A DNA stretch of 48,841 bases. Source: Acidimicrobium ferrooxidans DSM 10331. Lineage in GTDB: Bacteria > Actinomycetota > Acidimicrobiia > Acidimicrobiales > Ilumatobacteraceae. Below, in pieces: positions 45,048-48,841 of the stretch (the stretch's first letter is position 1; each line of letters opens with the position of its first letter). A program made the translations under genes and the position numbers. The stretch is from NCBI GenBank assembly GCA_945865395.1, contig CAMBDT010000001.1, positions 1 through 48,841 of the forward strand. The letters are read 5' to 3'. The notes below the pieces were generated by a model. It ran no database searches and had not been told where the DNA came from. It saw nothing but the letters and a program-made list of their open reading frames with translations.

Positions 45048-46544
45048 ATGACCGATCTACTTAGTCGTGAAGAATGGACAACGCGTGCAGCGAAGAAAGT
45101 GTCACGCACACAACTTTTTATTGACGGCAAATTCGTAGATGCAGCGAGCGGCAAGACATTCGAGTCGATTAATCCGCGCGACAACACTGTTGTGGCAAAC
45201 ATTGCCGAAGGCGACAAGCAAGACATTGATCTGGCAGTGACTGCTGCGCGTAAGTCGTTTAGCAATGGCGTGTGGAGTGAAATGGCACCGCTTGAGCGGA
45301 AGAATATTATGTTGCGTTGGGTTCAGTTGATGCGCGAGAACGTCTTCGAACTTGCGTTGCTTGAGACGATGGATGTCGGCAAGCCGATTGGTGACTCGGT
45401 GAATGTTGACATTGCGTCTGCTGCCAACAATTTGCAGTGGTTCGCCGAAACAATCGACAAGATGTATGGCCAAGTCGCACCGGTGCCACGCGATGCAGTC
45501 GCGTTGATCGAGCGTGAACCGCTCGGCGTTGTCGGCGCTGTGGTGCCTTGGAATTATCCATTGATTATTTCGTCATGGAAAGTCGGCGCCGCGTTGGCTG
45601 GCGGTAACTCGGTTGTGCTTAAACCAGCCGAGCAGTCGCCATTGTCGGCGTTGTTTTTTGCTGAACTTGGTTCGCAAGCAGGTTTGCCAGACGGCGTATT
45701 GAATGTCGTGCCTGGTTTTGGGCCGACTGCTGGTGCGGCACTCGGTCGACATATGGATGTCGACAAACTTGCATTCACTGGTTCGACGGAGGTCGGCAGA
45801 TATTTCTTGACCTATGCGGCCGAGAGCAACGGCAAATCTGTTTCTCTTGAACTTGGTGGCAAGACGCCTCAAATTGTGTTGAGCGACTGCGCCGATCTCG
45901 ATGCGGCCGCATCGTCGATCGCTTGGGGCGTTTTCTATAACTCAGGGCAAACATGTCATGCCGGCACTCGGTTGGTTGTTGAAAAAGCAGTTGAAGATGA
46001 GTTGCTTGAAAAGATCACAAACGTTGGCAAGTCGATTCAACCCGGCGACCCATATGACCCGACGACGGCTATGGGCACAATTGTTGACAAAACACAATTC
46101 GAGCGCGTGCTCGGTTATATCGATATCGGCAAAAACGAAGGCGCGAAAGTTTTCTCGGGTGGCGAAAAGGCCGAACCAGTTAAGGGTGGCGTTTATATCA
46201 AGCCAACCGTGTTTCAAAATGTCAAACCTGGCATGCGTATTGAACGCGAAGAGATCTTTGGGCCGGTTTTGGCTTCAATTGCAGTTGAAAGCGCTGATGA
46301 AGCTGTGCGAGTCGCCAACGACACGCAATACGGTTTGGCCTCGGCAGTGTGGACTCGCGATATCACGAAAGCCCATCGCATCGCGCGCAAATTGCGCACA
46401 GGCACCGTTTGGGTGAATACTTTTGACAAGGGTTCAATCACGACACCGTTCGGCGGATTCAAACAATCTGGCACGGGTCGTGATCGCTCGATGCATTCAA
46501 TAGAGGGATACACAAACCTCAAGACGACATGGATTCAATTATGA
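45048..46544 (+). CDS. NAD(P)-dependent aldehyde dehydrogenase (PuuC/AldH-like)
   Basis: 498 aa. LFIDGKFVDAASGKTFESINP, ELGGKTP and the catalytic Cys region GQTCHAGTR. Confidence 0.9.
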   Translation: MTDLLSREEWTTRAAKKVSRTQLFIDGKFVDAASGKTFESINPRDNTVVANIAEGDKQDIDLAVTAARKSFSNGVWSEMAPLERKNIMLRWVQLMRENVFELALLETMDVGKPIGDSVNVDIASAANNLQWFAETIDKMYGQVAPVPRDAVALIEREPLGVVGAVVPWNYPLIISSWKVGAALAGGNSVVLKPAEQSPLSALFFAELGSQAGLPDGVLNVVPGFGPTAGAALGRHMDVDKLAFTGSTEVGRYFLTYAAESNGKSVSLELGGKTPQIVLSDCADLDAAASSIAWGVFYNSGQTCHAGTRLVVEKAVEDELLEKITNVGKSIQPGDPYDPTTAMGTIVDKTQFERVLGYIDIGKNEGAKVFSGGEKAEPVKGGVYIKPTVFQNVKPGMRIEREEIFGPVLASIAVESADEAVRVANDTQYGLASAVWTRDITKAHRIARKLRTGTVWVNTFDKGSITTPFGGFKQSGTGRDRSMHSIEGYTNLKTTWIQL

Positions 46545-47467
46545 GCAAAGCAACACCACGAAATTGCGGTTTCATCGGTCTCGGACATCTCGGTGTTTAC
46601 TTGGCGGCAAGTTTGTTGCGCGCCGGACACAATGTGACAATCAATGATCTGAACAAATCGCTTGGCGAAAGTTTGATCGCCAAGGGTGCAAAGTGGGCGA
46701 ACAATGCCAAAGAAGTCGCTCAAGCATCCGAAGTTGTGTTCACATGTTTGCCGTCACCGCGCGCGATCGAATCTGTCGTCAACGGCGATAACGGCGTATT
46801 TTCGGGTTTGGCAAAAGGTGCAACATGGATCGACATGAGCACTAACGACCGCACTGAAACTTTACGGCTCGGTGAAATCGCGACAAAGTTGGGCTTCAAC
46901 ACGCTTGAATCGCCCGTCACAGGTGGCGTGCACAAGGCGGCTGAAGGCGATATCACGGTGTTGGTCGGCGGAGACGAAAAAGTTTTTGCCGCGCACAAAG
47001 AGTTGCTTGAAGCAATGGGTAAACCAGTTATCTATGTTGGCGAACTTGGCAGTGCAGCGGTAATCAAAGTGATTACCAACATGCTGGCATTCATTCACCT
47101 TGCTGCGTGTGGCGAGGCATTGATGCTCGCGAAAAAAGGTGGCATTGATCTCGGCATTGCATACGAAGTAATAAAAAACAGCTCGGGCAACAGTTTCGTT
47201 CACGAAACCGAAGGTCAAGTGATTCTCAACGGAAGTTATGACATCGGCTTCACCATGGATCTTGCTTTGAAAGACATGGGATTCGCCATGGAATACGGTC
47301 GCAAGTTCGGTGTGCCGCTTGATGTGGCGAGCACAGTGCAACAAGCATTTGTGCGCGCCAAGTCTCAATACGGCGGAGAAGTGTGGTCGACTCAGGTCGT
47401 CAAGTTGCTTGAAGATGCGCTCGGCACAGACTTGCGCGCACCTGGGTTTCCGGCCAGATTGCAATAG
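46541..47467 (+). CDS. 3-hydroxyisobutyrate dehydrogenase family NAD(P)-dependent oxidoreductase
   Basis: ATGA overlap with the ALDH stop. N-terminal GFIGLGHLG Rossmann motif and a beta-HAD C-terminal domain. Confidence 0.8.
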   Translation: MSKATPRNCGFIGLGHLGVYLAASLLRAGHNVTINDLNKSLGESLIAKGAKWANNAKEVAQASEVVFTCLPSPRAIESVVNGDNGVFSGLAKGATWIDMSTNDRTETLRLGEIATKLGFNTLESPVTGGVHKAAEGDITVLVGGDEKVFAAHKELLEAMGKPVIYVGELGSAAVIKVITNMLAFIHLAACGEALMLAKKGGIDLGIAYEVIKNSSGNSFVHETEGQVILNGSYDIGFTMDLALKDMGFAMEYGRKFGVPLDVASTVQQAFVRAKSQYGGEVWSTQVVKLLEDALGTDLRAPGFPARLQ

Positions 47468-47477
47468 CATTTAAGCC

Positions 47478-48212
47478 ATGGCGATCGAGCAACAGGCTCG
47501 TTTAGATTTAGCAGTTGCGTTTCGCACGGCGGCGCGATTGAACATGCATGAAGCGGTTGCCAATCATTTCAGTGTCGCAGTTTCTGGTGATGGTCAGAAG
47601 TTTTTGATTAATCCTGCGGGTCGGCACTTTTCACGAATGCGAGCGAGTGATTTGTTGCTGGTTGATATGGATGCAAAAGAGTTTGGTATGGGTGCCGGTC
47701 AGGTTGTCGACCCGACGGCGATCAACCTGCATGGGCAACTACATAAGTTGGTGCCTGATGCGCGGTGCGTGCTGCATACGCATATGCCTTATACGACTGC
47801 ATTGGCATGTTTGCGAGGTTTTGAATTCTTGATGCTCGACCAAAACGCGTGCCGTTTTTATAATCGCATCGCATATGACCGAGATTATGCAGGCATGGCA
47901 CTTGAGGTCAGCGAAGGTGAGCGAGTCGCCAAACTTTTGGGCCGGTCACGCAGCGTCTTGTTTTTGGCAAATCACGGAGTCATCGTTGTAGGTAAGACAG
48001 TGGCCGAAGCGTTTGACGAACTTTATTATCTTGAAAAAGCATCACAACTGCAGGTGCTCGCACTTTCGACTAGACGCGAACTTGAGCTGATACCCAATGA
48101 GACTGCCGCGATGGTCTGCAAACAATGGCTAGAGTATCCGAGTGCTGCCGAGTATCACCTCGCGGCGTTGACCGAGATTCTTGACCAAGAATCTTGCGAT
48201 TTTCGAAACTAA
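47478..48212 (+). CDS. class II aldolase/adducin N-terminal domain family protein
   Basis: 244 aa. ARLDLAVAFRTAARLNMHEAVANHFSV and the metal-His region VLHTHMPYTTAL. Confidence 0.75.
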   Translation: MAIEQQARLDLAVAFRTAARLNMHEAVANHFSVAVSGDGQKFLINPAGRHFSRMRASDLLLVDMDAKEFGMGAGQVVDPTAINLHGQLHKLVPDARCVLHTHMPYTTALACLRGFEFLMLDQNACRFYNRIAYDRDYAGMALEVSEGERVAKLLGRSRSVLFLANHGVIVVGKTVAEAFDELYYLEKASQLQVLALSTRRELELIPNETAAMVCKQWLEYPSAAEYHLAALTEILDQESCDFRN

Positions 48213-48233
48213 AAATTCTGAAAGGTGCAATTA

Positions 48234-48841
48234 GTGAAAGCTGCAGTTTGTCGTGAGTTCGGTAAGCCACTAGTAATTGAAGAAGTCAATTTGGCTAAGC
48301 CCCAAGCCAGCGAGTTGCGAGTTAAAATTTCGGCAACTGCGATTTGTCATAGTGACATTTCATATGCCGATGGGGCGTGGGGCGGCACACTGCCAGCAAT
48401 TTATGGTCATGAAAGTGTCGGCATTGTCGAAGAAACTGGTTCAGGTGTAACCCAGGTGAAAGTTGGCGACCGCGTCGTAGTAACTCTGATTCGTTCATGT
48501 GGACACTGCCGCGGTTGTTCGCGTGGCAAGCCGGTGACTTGCGAAACTTCGTTTCCGCTTGATGCCAAAAGCCCGCTGACTTCGAAATCGGGCGAGTCGA
48601 TTGTGCAAGCGATGCGTACGGGAAGTTTCGCCGAATATGTCGTCGTGCATGAATCACAGGTTGTTGTGATTTCGAAAGACATCAAATCAGCAAGCGCATC
48701 GTTGCTGGCATGTGGTGTGATTACGGGTTTTGGTGCAGTGACGAACACGGCAAAAGTCGAAGCCGGCAGCCATGTCGTCGTGATTGGCGCTGGCGGGGTC
48801 GGGTTGAACTCGGTGCAAGGTGCGCGTGTGAGTGGTGCACG
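48234..48841 (+). CDS. zinc-dependent alcohol dehydrogenase family protein, N-terminal part (runs off window)
   Basis: My translation from GTG 48234: VKAAVCREFGKPLVIEEV...ATAICHSDISYADGAWGG...YGHESVGIVEE. A GAAAGG RBS lies about 8 nt upstream. The frame is open to the window end. Confidence 0.8.
   Translation, partial: MKAAVCREFGKPLVIEEVNLAKPQASELRVKISATAICHSDISYADGAWGGTLPAIYGHESVGIVEETGSGVTQVKVGDRVVVTLIRSCGHCRGCSRGKPVTCETSFPLDAKSPLTSKSGESIVQAMRTGSFAEYVVVHESQVVVISKDIKSASASLLACGVITGFGAVTNTAKVEAGSHVVVIGAGGVGLNSVQGARVSGA

Noticed and set aside
1-48841. CRISPR arrays, tRNA/rRNA genes, transposases, integrases, phage genes, toxin-antitoxin pairs and known defence-system signatures
   Set aside because: None of these is present. 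Every stretch longer than about 110 nt is covered by a protein gene with recognisable housekeeping or envelope function, and no spacer-repeat periodicity was seen.

Overview
This is a dense, almost gap-free core-chromosome segment. It carries about 44 protein genes on both strands, with many 4-nt start/stop overlaps. It looks actinobacterial with moderate GC, though the class cannot be determined from the sequence. It carries actinobacteria-typical families: ImuA'-ImuB-DnaE2, DUF3039-like, DUF3499-like, DUF5719-like, CofD/CofE, a group-II truncated haemoglobin and an Stf0-type sulfotransferase. It also holds a rearranged version of the mycobacterial manB-fbiAB-(whiB2)-pmmA-sahH synteny block.

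Gene content, left to right:
- ACAD fragment and an Nfu-like protein.
- SOS mutasome cassette imuA'-imuB-Nudix-dnaE2, with two identical LexA operators.
- LysE exporter, DUF3039-like protein, FmdB zinc ribbon.
- fcl-rhomboid-unknown operon.
- Three overlapping GT4 glycosyltransferases, a membrane-anchored unknown, a manC-like gene and an epimerase.
- cofE-cofD, then gmd.
- MOP-type flippase, divergent from a 1064-aa GT2-polytopic fusion, a DUF5719-like protein and a membrane thioredoxin-like protein.
- ftsH, DUF3499-like protein, CPBP protease, a 799-aa GT-C-like membrane protein.
- pmm, Trm112, ahcY, a YczE-like membrane protein.
- comF, secA, prfB, ftsE, ftsX.
- Enoyl-CoA hydratase and truncated haemoglobin.
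- trmH, menB and an Stf0-like sulfotransferase on the minus strand.
- ALDH, HIBADH-family dehydrogenase, class II aldolase and a partial Zn-ADH.

I found no rRNA, tRNA, tmRNA, CRISPR array, transposase, integrase or prophage signal. No intergenic gap is long enough for a typical riboswitch.

Nothing here can be shown to be a new system from sequence alone. The best candidates for follow-up are:
1. The uncharacterised envelope module: flippase, GT2-membrane fusion, DUF5719-like and Trx-like genes, together with a second large membrane protein that shares the same C-terminal module.
2. A Nudix gene embedded in the LexA-controlled mutasome cassette.
3. An Stf0-type sulfotransferase placed 2 nt upstream of menB.
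4. A truncated haemoglobin whose conserved N-terminus has no ATG/GTG/TTG start.
5. A single-domain CofE lacking the FbiB C-terminal domain.

All family calls come from recognising motifs by eye in the supplied translations, not from database searches.
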